Assembly (NCBI GenBank): GCA_963766715.1
Contig: CAVYBH010000014.1
Span: 65,994 to 129,993, forward strand
Reading direction: 5' to 3'
DNA length: 64,000 bases
Origin: an uncultured delta proteobacterium
Lineage (GTDB): Bacteria; Myxococcota; Myxococcia; Myxococcales; Anaeromyxobacteraceae
This document shows, piece by piece, positions 1 through 8,223 of this stretch. The translations under genes were made by a program, and so were the position numbers. The notes under the pieces were generated by a model. It was not told the origin of the DNA. It saw only the letters and a program-made list of their open reading frames with translations, and did not search any database. Positions within the stretch are counted from its first letter, which is position 1. Every line of letters begins with the position of its first letter.

Positions 1-1416
1 GTAGGCGTGCATGACGCTCGACATCGTCGCGTGGGCGGTCTGGCTGCCGCCGGGACCCGTGCCGGCGAGGTCGAGCGCCGGGGAGTAGTGGCAGGCCGCG
101 CAGAGGACGGGCGCCTGGAGGTTCGTGCCCGTCCGCGCGTTGTGGAGGATGAGGACGTTGCGCCGGGCCTGGCTCTCCAGATCGGCGTCCGTCGACCAGG
201 TCTGGGCGCCCGCGGGGGCCGCGACCTTGCCGGTGGCGTGGCAGTTCTGGCAGGAGGTCTCCTCGGAGACCGGCAGCACCACGTCGGTGGAGGCCAGCGC
301 CTTGCCGTTCACGTCGAAGGCCGAGAAGCGCATGAGCGGGTAGCGGTTCACCTGACCGGCATCGTCGACGGGGAAGATCGGCACGCCCGGCGCCTTGAAG
401 AGCCCGAGCGCGAGGTCCCACTGCAGCGTGGTGCCGTCCTGGTTCGGGGCGTCCTTGGGCATCCACATCCCCTGCAGCCCCTGGCCCGGGGCCAGCGCGG
501 CGCCGTAGAGCGGGAGCACGTACTGCCAGAAGTTGCTCTTGCCGATGCTGGTGGAGTTGATCGACCCGGTGGCGTCGGCGATGGCGGAGTACCGGACGTT
601 CACCTGCGAGTGGTCGAGGACGATGGGCTTGCCCGAGCTCTGGAGCGCGACGACCTGCGCGTCGACCACGTTGTAGGGGGGAAGGATGGAGAAGACGGCG
701 AAGTTGCTGTCCACGCAGTGCATGCCGAGGTCGTTGTTCGCGAAGACCTTGTAGGCCGTCGCGGTCGGCGTCGTGCCGGGCGGGACGTAGGTGCAGGACT
801 GCGTCAGCAGGGGCGTCCCGGTGCACCCGGACGGCGACGAGGACGACACGGTGCGCGTCTGGGTGCCGTCCGACTGGCAGGTGCTCCAGGCGCCATAGGT
901 GTACGTGCAGGCGGTGGGGACGTAGGTGCAGGACTGGGTGAGCACGGGCGTCCCGGTGCACCCGTCCGGCGAGGAGGAGGTCACGGTGCGCGTCTGGGTG
1001 CCGTCCGGCTGGCAGGCGCCCCAGGAACCATAGCCGTAGCTGCAGACGAGGGCGGAGAGCGCCCAGTTGGCCGTGACGGTCCCCTTCCTGGGCACGTTCA
1101 CGCTCCTCGTCTGGGTCGCGTACCCGCTCCTCGTCGCGGTGACCTCGTAGGTGCCCCTGGTCAGCGCCAGCCGGTAGGAGCCGTCGGCGGCGGTCTGGGT
1201 GGTGCGCCCGCTGGCGGAGACGACGACGCCCGCCAGCGCCGCGCCCGTCGAGGCGTCGGTCGCCTTCCCGACGATGGCGGTGGCGGCCTGGCCGCCGGCG
1301 TCGGCCGAGGCGCCCCCGTCGACGTTGGTGCTGGCGGGGTCGCTCTGGCTCGAGGCGCCACAGGCGGTGAGGAGGGATCCGATCGTGACCACTGCGGCGA
1401 GGGTTCGTCTGGTCAT
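1..1416 (-). CDS. Multiheme c-type cytochrome lipoprotein with a carboxypeptidase-regulatory-like domain and two TSP1-like Cys repeats (runs off window start)
   Basis: Manual translation from ATG 1416 gives the lipobox LLTAC, an NDLGMHC motif and two CxxCH motifs (CQNCH ~238-252, CAACH ~88-102). It is missing from the ORF track because the stop lies outside the window. Confidence 0.8.
   Translation of the reverse strand, partial: MTRRTLAAVVTIGSLLTACGASSQSDPASTNVDGGASADAGGQAATAIVGKATDASTGAALAGVVVSASGRTTQTAADGSYRLALTRGTYEVTATRSGYATQTRSVNVPRKGTVTANWALSALVCSYGYGSWGACQPDGTQTRTVTSSSPDGCTGTPVLTQSCTYVPTACTYTYGAWSTCQSDGTQTRTVSSSSPSGCTGTPLLTQSCTYVPPGTTPTATAYKVFANNDLGMHCVDSNFAVFSILPPYNVVDAQVVALQSSGKPIVLDHSQVNVRYSAIADATGSINSTSIGKSNFWQYVLPLYGAALAPGQGLQGMWMPKDAPNQDGTTLQWDLALGLFKAPGVPIFPVDDAGQVNRYPLMRFSAFDVNGKALASTDVVLPVSEETSCQNCHATGKVAAPAGAQTWSTDADLESQARRNVLILHNARTGTNLQAPVLCAACHYSPALDLAGTGPGGSQTAHATMSSVMHAY
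781..1047 (-). repeat. Two ~135-bp tandem repeats encoding C-x-Y-x-YG-x-W-x-x-CQ-x-DGTQTRTV-x-SSSP-x-GCTGTP-x-LTQSCTYVP
   Basis: The near-identical unit gggacgtaggtgcaggact...gtgcgcgtctgggtgccgtcc starts at ~781 and again at ~916. Confidence 0.85.
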
Positions 1417-1531
1417 GGTTCCTCTTTTGCTCAGGGTGAACACTAGCTCGTCATCCGGACGGGCGGCACGGGGCCACCGGCACGGGACGCGAGTCGTTTG
1501 AACCCGGGACAGGGCAAAAGGGTGCGGCTTT

Positions 1532-1553
1532 TTGTCACTCATTCATGTGACAA
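1532..1553. promoter_or_regulatory. Palindromic operator TTGTCAC-N8-GTGACAA upstream of the cytochrome gene
   Basis: Perfect 7-bp inverted repeat in an AT-rich intergenic patch about 115 bp upstream of the ATG at 1416. Confidence 0.5.
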
Positions 1554-1679
1554 GTGAATCCCGCCGTGATTCCGGCGGCTTGGTTGCAGCTGCAACCAAG
1601 AAGCGCGCGGGCGAGGCGCACATCCGAGCACACGACCAACGGGGGAGGCCGGCGCCAGGCGTCGTCCTGCTCGACCGGA

Positions 1680-2579
1680 TCAGCTGGCCAGCGCCGGGCC
1701 CGGGATGCCCGCCACCCCGGCCAGGTCGCTCTCGACGTCGTCGGCGATCCCGGCGAGCCCGAGCATGGCCTGTGCGAGGTGCGCCGCATGGAAGGGCGCG
1801 CCCGGGAGATCGACCGCGAGGAAGATCGCCCCGTCGGCGAGGACCACGCGGCAGAGCGTCATCCGCGCGTTCATCCGGTGCAGGAGCGCGAGCAGGTCCT
1901 CGTCCACGGACCCGGGCTGGGCGATCCGCACGTAGACCCGCACCACCGTGGGCGCCTCGCGAACCTGGACGAAGCCGATGCGCGAGCCGATCCGGACCGC
2001 CAGGTCGCCGTCCGCGTCGTAGGCGAGGGTGAGGTCGCCCATGGCGTTCCGCGCCGCCGCCAGCACCCGGGCGCGCAGCCGCGCGATCGGCGCCCGCGGC
2101 TTGCGCGGCTTCGGGCGCGCGGGCTCGGGCTCCCGGGGGATGTGGAGCGCCGGAAGGACGAGCGCGTGCCCCTCGGGATCGAAGGCCTTGTAGGTCAGGT
2201 CGCTGGGGTCGGGGATGCGGTGGACGAGCGAGAGGGTCCGGACCGCGATGCGGGCGATCTCCTCGGCGGGGACGGGCCTCGGGAACTCCCGGAAGAAGTT
2301 GGGGGAGCCCTTCGGCACCGGGACGGGCGAGGGCGAGTCGGGCGCGTGGGTGGGGGCCTTCCAGCCGAGCGCCTCGAGCGCCGCCACCTGCTCCTCGGTG
2401 AGCTTCTCGGCCGGCGCCAGGTAGCCGTTGCTCACGGTCTCGGAGAAGACGCCTTCCTCGGGGGAGGCGTTGAACTGGACGAAGCGGTGTCCGGCCCGGG
2501 AGGAGACGATGAGGATCTCGTCCTTCAGCACCGACAGGGCGCTGGCCAGGTCCCGCTCGAATGCGCTCCACTCGCTCAT
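1680..2579 (-). CDS. TY-Chap (T3SS-chaperone/YbjN-like) two-domain protein
   Basis: 299-aa ORF with a GGAGG RBS. The N-terminal domain has FVQF...ETVSNGYL...LEALGWKAP...SPNF and the C-terminal YbjN-like domain has DADGDLAVR...LHRMNAR...GIADDVESDL. Confidence 0.7.
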   Translation of the reverse strand: MSEWSAFERDLASALSVLKDEILIVSSRAGHRFVQFNASPEEGVFSETVSNGYLAPAEKLTEEQVAALEALGWKAPTHAPDSPSPVPVPKGSPNFFREFPRPVPAEEIARIAVRTLSLVHRIPDPSDLTYKAFDPEGHALVLPALHIPREPEPARPKPRKPRAPIARLRARVLAAARNAMGDLTLAYDADGDLAVRIGSRIGFVQVREAPTVVRVYVRIAQPGSVDEDLLALLHRMNARMTLCRVVLADGAIFLAVDLPGAPFHAAHLAQAMLGLAGIADDVESDLAGVAGIPGPALAS

Positions 2580-2597
2580 CTTCCACCTCCCAGGAGA

Positions 2598-2618
2598 AGC
2601 CTACCGGGAGGACGGACA
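2598..2618 (-). promoter_or_regulatory. Putative WYL-activated promoter TGTCCGT-N8-TAGGCT
   Basis: The minus strand reads TGTCCGT cctcccgg TAGGCT immediately upstream of the RBS of the TY-Chap gene. Confidence 0.55.
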
Positions 2619-2630
2619 CGAGCCGGGCGT

Positions 2631-3598
2631 CTACCTGCGCGTACAACCGGGCGAGCTGCGCCACCCGGTCGCCGAGCTGCGCGCGCACGTCGGGCGGGCC
2701 GGCGATCTCCGCCTGGCCACCCCAGCCGAGAACCCAGCCGAGGAGGAAGTTGCCGGGCGCCAGCCGGGCCCGGACCGTGACCGCGCCATCGGCGTCCCGG
2801 GTGGCCCGATCCGGCCAGTGCTCGACCGCGAGGGCGGCCGCCTCGCCGGTGAAGCGGACCGCGACGTCCCGCTCCGCGCCCGACTGGAAGTAGAGCTGGC
2901 GGGTGCGGAAGCGATCGAGGGGCGGTCCCTTGTGGTCGCCGAAGATCCGGGTCCCCAGGACCACCGACGCGATCCGGTCGAGCCGGTAGAGGTGCTCCTC
3001 GCCCTTCGCCACGTTCCAGGCCGCCAGGTACCAGTGGCCGTCCTTGTGGAAGACGGTCCGCGGCTCCAGCGTGCGGGAGGAGAGCGTCCCGGAGGCCTCG
3101 GCGCGGTAGTCGACCGTCACCTCGACACGGCGCTCGATGGCCTCGGCGAGCGAGTCGGCCCACTCGCCGGGCGGGTCGACCTGGAAGTCGACGGCGCGCG
3201 AGAGGCCCCGGGCGGTGTCCCGGAAGGGCTCCGGGACGGCGCGGACCAGCTTCCTCAGGGCGGACGCCACCGTCCTGCCCGGCGCTCCGCTCGAAGGGGC
3301 GAAGCGCGGCGAGCAGCGCCGCCCCCTCGCGGAGGGACAGCGGGGGTGGTGACTCCAGGTGAAGGACGCGATCGACGACGACGCGACCCCCGTCGAGGGA
3401 GACCATCAGGCCGCCCTCCGGCATGGAGGGCCCGAAATCGAGCAGGCCCAGCGTGGTGACGATCTCCTCGATCTCCTTGGCGCTGCGCGCGCCCGTCACC
3501 TGGACGGCCCGCTCCATGGCGAGCCCCTTCGGCCCGGCGCGCCAGGCCTCCGGGATGAGGAGCAGCATCCTGCGGACCTGCGTGACCGGGTTCGTCAT
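2631..3598 (-). CDS. PafC-like HTH-WYL-WCX transcriptional regulator (frameshift ~3270; end approximate)
   Basis: The N-terminus MTNPVTQVRRMLLLIP...PLSLREGAALLAAL is in one frame. The WYL domain (YRAEASG...RTLEP...WYLAAWN...YRLDRI) and the WCX domain (FLLGWVLGWGGQAEIAGPPDVR) are in the next frame. ATGA overlap with the upstream gene. Confidence 0.85.
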
Positions 3599-4621
3599 CC
3601 CGCCGTCTCCCGGGCCAGGCGGCCGGACAGGGCGGCCAGGATCTCCCGCGCCATCTCGCGCCCCTCGGCGGGCTCGAGCAGCTCGGCCTCGGGTCCCCAG
3701 GCGAGCGCCTGCCGCACCAGGCCGCCCAGGTTGCGGACCTCGAGGCGGGCCACCCGGGCGTTGTCCGGCTCGCGCGAGAAGCGGGCCGTGGGCAGGAGCT
3801 TCGGCGCGAGCGCGGCGAGGGACCCCCGGAAGCGAACCAGCGCCATGCGAGGCTCGTGGACGAAGTAGTCCCAGGTCTCCTGGCGCGACCAGCTCCGGAT
3901 GTCGAAGTCGGCCGGGATGGCGTAGTCGGCCTTCTTGGCCTGCGCCGGGGCGACGGCGAGCGACTGCACGCGCTCCAGGTAGAACACGCGGACCGCGTCG
4001 CGCATGTGGCAGTGGCCGGCGAAGATCCAGTGCCCGCGGCGCCAGGCGTATCCGTAGACGTCGACGAGACGCTGGGTGACGGTGCCGTCGCTCTTGCGAT
4101 AGGCCACCTTCACCCGCTTCCGCCGCTCGATCGCGTCGGCCAGCGTGCCGAGCCACTTGCGGAGCGCGGCGGGCTCGGGGACGGACCACTGCTCCCTCGA
4201 GGAGCGCGGCCTTCGGCGGGAGCCCCTTCGCCCCCACCACGAGCTTGCGCAGCGCCGTCTCCAGGTCGTCGGAAAGGGGATGGTCGTGGGTGCGGAGCGC
4301 GGCCAGGCCGGCCATCCAGACCACCGAGGCCTCGTCGGGGGCGAAGTCGAGCCGGGGAAGGGTGCAGGAGGTGGCCTCCACGAGGTAGGCGCCCTCGCGC
4401 CCCTCCTCCTCGAGGAACTGCACCGGGATGCCCAGCTTCCGGAGGTCCTGCTTGTCGCGGGTCCACTTCTTCTCCCGCGCCTCGTCCTTGCCCGCGTAAT
4501 CGTCCGGGAAGGCCTCGTAGACCTGCTGCCGCGTCACCGGCTCGCCGTGGTTCGAGAGCCAGGTCGCGAGCTGGAGGAGTCGCGCCTCGGCCGCCGTTCC
4601 ACGCTTTCCGGTCGATGGCAT
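3595..4621 (-). CDS. PafB-like HTH-WYL-WCX transcriptional regulator (frameshift ~4185)
   Basis: ARLLQLATWL...VTRQQV...Y...EAREKKWTRDKQDLRKLGIPV matches the PafB-type winged HTH. WYL domain is YRKSDG...RLVDVYG...WIFAGHC...FYLERV and WCX domain is LVRQALAWGPEAELLEPAEGR. Confidence 0.85.
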
Positions 4622-4630
4622 GAGCGAGGC

Positions 4631-4652
4631 AGTGTAGCTCACGGTGCGTGAG
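4631..4652 (-). promoter_or_regulatory. -10 box TACACT with adjacent palindrome CTCACG-CAC-CGTGAG before the pafB-like gene
   Basis: TACACT (4636-4631) lies 9 nt before ATG 4621, and the inverted repeat spans 4638-4652. Confidence 0.4.
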
Positions 4653-5198
4653 ACGGCGAGTTCAGCTCGGCCCCTTCACCGAGTGACAGGACCAGTCCCG
4701 GCGAGGGTCGGGGAGCCCGGTGGTGCGCAGGTGGCAGAGCACCGTGCCCCGGGCCGGCTGCTCGCGGAGCGCCGAGGGGAAGAGCGCGGTCGCGATTCGC
4801 GCGAGCGGCGGGCGCAGCCGGACGGTGACGCGGACGGGTGGCTCGGGGCTGCCCGAGTCGAGGAACCCCGCGGTGGAGAAGAACCGGAGGTCGAAGCCGG
4901 GCGGGGCGAGCCCCCGCCGGGCCCGCGCCCGCATCACCCTCACCCGGAGGACGCGGTCGAGGCGGAAGAGCCGGAAGGCCTTCCTGCGGTGGCAGAAGGC
5001 CGCCAGGTGCCAGACGCCCTCCCGCCAGGCGAGCCCCAGGACGTCCACCTCCCGGTCGGTCCGGATGCCGCCACCGTCCTCGTACCGGAACCACGCCCGG
5101 CGTCCCTCGGCGAGGGCGCGGGCGAGGGGAAGGAGGGCCTTCCGGGCGGGGCGGGGCTGGGTCACGGCATGGAGAGCCCCCGGGGGCTCGGAGGCCAT
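4639..5198 (-). CDS. Stand-alone WYL-WCX protein lacking an N-terminal HTH (frameshift ~4705)
   Basis: FRYEDGGG...REVDVLGLAWREGVWHLAAFCHRRKAFRLFRLDRV is a canonical WYL domain. The WCX-like end GLVLSLGEGAEL lies in the shifted frame, with a stop at 4639. Confidence 0.8.
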
Positions 5199-5217
5199 CT
5201 TGGCCGGCCCACGGACA
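5197..5217 (-). promoter_or_regulatory. Putative WYL-activated promoter TGTCCGT-N8-CAAGAT
   Basis: Same motif and spacing, in the 44-bp gap before the stand-alone WYL gene. The hexamer overlaps the annotated ATG, so the true start may be a downstream GTG. Confidence 0.4.
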
Positions 5218-5242
5218 CCGGCCGCCCGCCAGGCGCCGAGGC

Positions 5243-6856
5243 TCAGCCGGGCAGGCCGGGCCAGGAGCCGGTGGCCCCGGCCGGACCCACCACGCGCGCA
5301 GCCGTGAGCGCGCGGGTGAGGGCGATGTGCATGCGGGTTCCGAAGCGCTCCCGGTCCGCCGCTCCCACGTCCGCGACCAGGATGACCGGGCGCTCCAGCC
5401 CCTTCCAGCGCAGGAAGGTGTCGGCGACCAGCCGGTCCTCCATGCCGTCGGACCCGGCGCCCACGAAGGCGTGCCGGCCCAGCGCCGGGGCGTGGTGGAC
5501 GGCGTCCTTCGCGTTCTGGCCGCGCAGCGACACGACGCCCACGTCGCCGGGCTTCACGCCTTGTGAATAGAGCCGGTCGATCTCCGCCCCCACGCAGGCG
5601 GCCACCCGGGCCGGGTCGTCGCAGGGGACGAGCCCGAGCGTCCCGTCGAGGACCGCCTTGCGGACGAGCGCCTCGTCGGAGGGCTCGCCCAGGTAGCGGC
5701 GCGCCAGCGCCTCGATGCCCGGAGGCGAGCGCCGGCCCCGGCCGAGCGGGAAGGGAGCGGGGAAGAGGCCGGCCGGGGGCTCGCGGTCCGGCCAGAAGGC
5801 CTGCCCGGTGTCGCGGAAGGCCCAGAGCCGCTTCCCTTCGGCCAGGCGCCCCACCAGGTACCAGGCCTCGAAGTCGAAGTCCTGCGCCTCGTCGACGACA
5901 ATCGAGTCCCAGCGCGGCGTGCAGACGTCGGCGGCGCGCTCGCAGAACTTCCGCCAGGTCGAGGTGTCGGAGAAGTCGGCGCCGCCGTCCGGGCCGTCCA
6001 CCTTCTCGGCCTCCGACTTGGCCAGTCCACCCACGGTGTGGACCTCAATCCCGCTGCCGTCGAGCCGCGCGCGCAGCCAGCGCCCGAGGGGCTGGGTGAA
6101 GCAGAGGAGCAGCGGCTTCCGCCCCGCCGCGAGCTCCCGGCGGGCGGCCTCCACCGCGAGCAGCGTCTTGCCCGTGCCGGCCCCGCCCTGCACCAGCGCC
6201 CGCTCCTGCCCGGAGAGCAGGTCGAGGGTGGCGAGCTGGATCTCGTCGAGGTCGAGGTGCGCGCGGCGCGCCTCCTCCACCCGGTGGCCGAGGGACAGGG
6301 AGGGCGCCCAGGTCTCGCCCCACATCTGGTGGAGCCGCTTCGTCCACTCCCCGCGCCCGCCGTCGGCCGGGGGCAGCGCGCGCTCGATCACGGCCGGGAG
6401 GTACTGGTCCAGCCAGGAGAGGTGGTTCTTGCCCAGCACGACGCCGCGGAGGTCGTCCTGCCACGGCTGCTCGTCGAACTCGACGTCGGGAAAGGCCACC
6501 GCCGCGCCCCAGGCCGGAGGCCAGCAGTTCCACTCGCCGAGCCGATCGCGAAGGCGCCGCACGAAGCCGTTTCCCTGGTCGAGCGGGGCCTTCTCGAGCT
6601 GCTTCCCGTTCGAGTACCAGAGGCCGCCGCGCTGCTCGATCTGCCCGCCCTTCACCTCGAGCACGAGCAGGCCGCGCTCCGGGTGGGCCAGGACGAAGTC
6701 GCCCTCTCCCAGGAAGTTCTTGCCGTCGCGGATGCGCAGGGAGTGCCAGGCGGTCCAGCCGGCGGGGAGCCCGGCCTTGAGCCGGGACCAGACGGTCCGC
6801 TCCCCGTGGGACGACGCGGGCCGGGGAGCGTCGGACGGCCAGAGCTTTCCGGGCAT
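5243..6856 (-). CDS. NERD nuclease fused to an SF1 (UvrD-like C-terminus) helicase/ATPase
   Basis: NERD motif HSLRI...EGDFVLAHPERGLLVLEVKGG, Walker A GGAGTGKT, Walker B VVDEAQD, motif V WKGLERP and motif VI HIALTRA. Confidence 0.85.
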   Translation of the reverse strand: MPGKLWPSDAPRPASSHGERTVWSRLKAGLPAGWTAWHSLRIRDGKNFLGEGDFVLAHPERGLLVLEVKGGQIEQRGGLWYSNGKQLEKAPLDQGNGFVRRLRDRLGEWNCWPPAWGAAVAFPDVEFDEQPWQDDLRGVVLGKNHLSWLDQYLPAVIERALPPADGGRGEWTKRLHQMWGETWAPSLSLGHRVEEARRAHLDLDEIQLATLDLLSGQERALVQGGAGTGKTLLAVEAARRELAAGRKPLLLCFTQPLGRWLRARLDGSGIEVHTVGGLAKSEAEKVDGPDGGADFSDTSTWRKFCERAADVCTPRWDSIVVDEAQDFDFEAWYLVGRLAEGKRLWAFRDTGQAFWPDREPPAGLFPAPFPLGRGRRSPPGIEALARRYLGEPSDEALVRKAVLDGTLGLVPCDDPARVAACVGAEIDRLYSQGVKPGDVGVVSLRGQNAKDAVHHAPALGRHAFVGAGSDGMEDRLVADTFLRWKGLERPVILVADVGAADRERFGTRMHIALTRALTAARVVGPAGATGSWPGLPG

Positions 6857-6886
6857 CCGCGCAGCCTGACACGCGGGAGCCGTCCG

Positions 6887-7441
6887 TCAACCGCGCGACC
6901 GCCCCACGTGGGCCGCGAACCGCTCGACGAAGCGCTCCTGGTCCGGGACCTCGATGGCGCCCGGCCGGGCCCGGCGAACCGCCTCGATGGCCGTCGACGG
7001 CGCCTTTCCCGTCGCGACCAGGCAGCAGGCGGCGATGGTCCCGCTGCGCCCCAGCCCTCCCAGGCAGTGGACGACCACGGTCTCCGCGCGCGCCAGGCTC
7101 CGCAGGATCCGGGTGACGAGGCGGGACGTCGCCTCCAGCGAGGAGGGGACGGAGACGTCGGGGATGGGGAACCAGAAGCTCGCGATGCCGGCCCGACGGA
7201 GCACGCCCCGGAGGCCGTCGATGGCGAAGCGCTCCATCTCGAGCTCCTCCATGAGGGTGACGACCACGTCCGCTCCGTGGGCGTCGCGCAGGAGGGCCAC
7301 GTCCATGCGGAGGAGGTTCTCCGACGGGTCGCGGCCGGGGCGCCACCGACCCGGCGCCTGCGTGAGCCCCAGCCGTCCCGGCAGCCCGTGGTCGCTCGAG
7401 GCGAGGAAGTCGACCCGCGCCTCGCGGGGGTCGGCCGCCAT
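6887..7441 (-). CDS. CDKN3-like / protein-tyrosine-phosphatase-fold phosphatase
   Basis: GRLGLTQAPG...VVTLMEELE...FPIPDVSVP...VVVHCLGGLGRSG contains the CX5R loop, followed by VRRARPGAIE. TGATG overlap with the upstream protease gene. Confidence 0.88.
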   Translation of the reverse strand: MAADPREARVDFLASSDHGLPGRLGLTQAPGRWRPGRDPSENLLRMDVALLRDAHGADVVVTLMEELEMERFAIDGLRGVLRRAGIASFWFPIPDVSVPSSLEATSRLVTRILRSLARAETVVVHCLGGLGRSGTIAACCLVATGKAPSTAIEAVRRARPGAIEVPDQERFVERFAAHVGRSRG

Positions 7442-8121
7442 CAGCAGACCTCCAGGACGACGACCCCCAGCTGCTCGAGGAGGTCGGTGCCGACGATGGC
7501 CTCCACGCCGAGCAGGCGCATCGCCATCGAGACCGACGAGGGGGGCTCGGCGAAGTCGACCGTCACCTCCCGGCCCCGGAAGACGGCCCGGCCGCGGCGA
7601 AGCGGCACCTCGAAGTCCCCCTCGCCGTGGAAGAAGTCGCGCGCCCGGCCGGCCACGGGGAACCCGCTGGCCTGCGCGGCGGACAGGTACGACACCGGAG
7701 CGCCCGTGTCGACGACCGCGGTCACCGGGGCGCCCCAGATGAGGAGGTCCTCGATGATGAACCGCTGCCGGACGGCGCCGGGCACGTGGGTGGCGAAGCC
7801 CGGCGCGAGGTCGATGCGGAGGAGACGCGAGGTGAAGTCGAGGACCAGCCGGTGGCCCCAGAGCAGGTCGGTGCCGAGCAGCAGGTCGAAGTCGAAGTCC
7901 GGCGCCACGCCGGGAAGCTGCCGGATGTGCTCCACCGCGGTGTCGACGGTGAACCCGAGGATGCCCGGGGAGACCCGGTGCTCGTCGCCGAGGAGCCGCA
8001 TCCCGTCGCACCGCCCGAAGGTGACCGACGAGCCCGTGTCGAGCAGCGCCCTCCGGTCCCGGATGCGGGTGACGACGTGTCCGGCGACCAGGTCGAAGGG
8101 AGCGAGGAGAGGGCCAGGCAT
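7441..8121 (-). CDS. Two-lobed retropepsin-like aspartic protease (no signal peptide)
   Basis: Two D-T-G motifs (LLDTGSS, VVDTGAP), each followed by a LLGTDLL/IVGTDLL psi-loop motif. Confidence 0.8.
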   Translation of the reverse strand: MPGPLLAPFDLVAGHVVTRIRDRRALLDTGSSVTFGRCDGMRLLGDEHRVSPGILGFTVDTAVEHIRQLPGVAPDFDFDLLLGTDLLWGHRLVLDFTSRLLRIDLAPGFATHVPGAVRQRFIIEDLLIWGAPVTAVVDTGAPVSYLSAAQASGFPVAGRARDFFHGEGDFEVPLRRGRAVFRGREVTVDFAEPPSSVSMAMRLLGVEAIVGTDLLEQLGVVVLEVC

Positions 8122-8130
8122 TACACGGCG

Positions 8131-8170
8131 AGTGTCGAGCGTGGACGGACATGGGCAGGAACCCGTCCGT
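8131..8170 (-). promoter_or_regulatory. Putative WYL-activated promoter TGTCCGT-N8-GACACT within the inverted repeat ACGGAC-N14-GTCCGT
   Basis: Motif at 8151-8131, with the hexamer 9 nt before ATG 8121. The inverted repeat arms are 8145-8150 and 8165-8170. Confidence 0.5.
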
Positions 8171-8223
8171 GCCCTCACAGGGTGTAGACGAGCCACTGCA
8201 GCCAATCTGACGCCCCGTGAGGG

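Noticed and set aside
1440..1530. c-di-GMP/cGAMP (GEMM) riboswitch or sigma54 promoter upstream of the cytochrome
   Set aside because: GGCAAA- and GGGACGC-like words are on the wrong strand and in the wrong order. The sigma54-like stretch lacks the GG and has 9-nt rather than 10-nt spacing.
1543..3270. WYL protein with a long C-terminal extension overlapping the TY-Chap gene
   Set aside because: The WCX domain ends near 2640 and an out-of-frame TAG sits at 2633-2631. The extension is low-complexity read-through, most likely from an indel.
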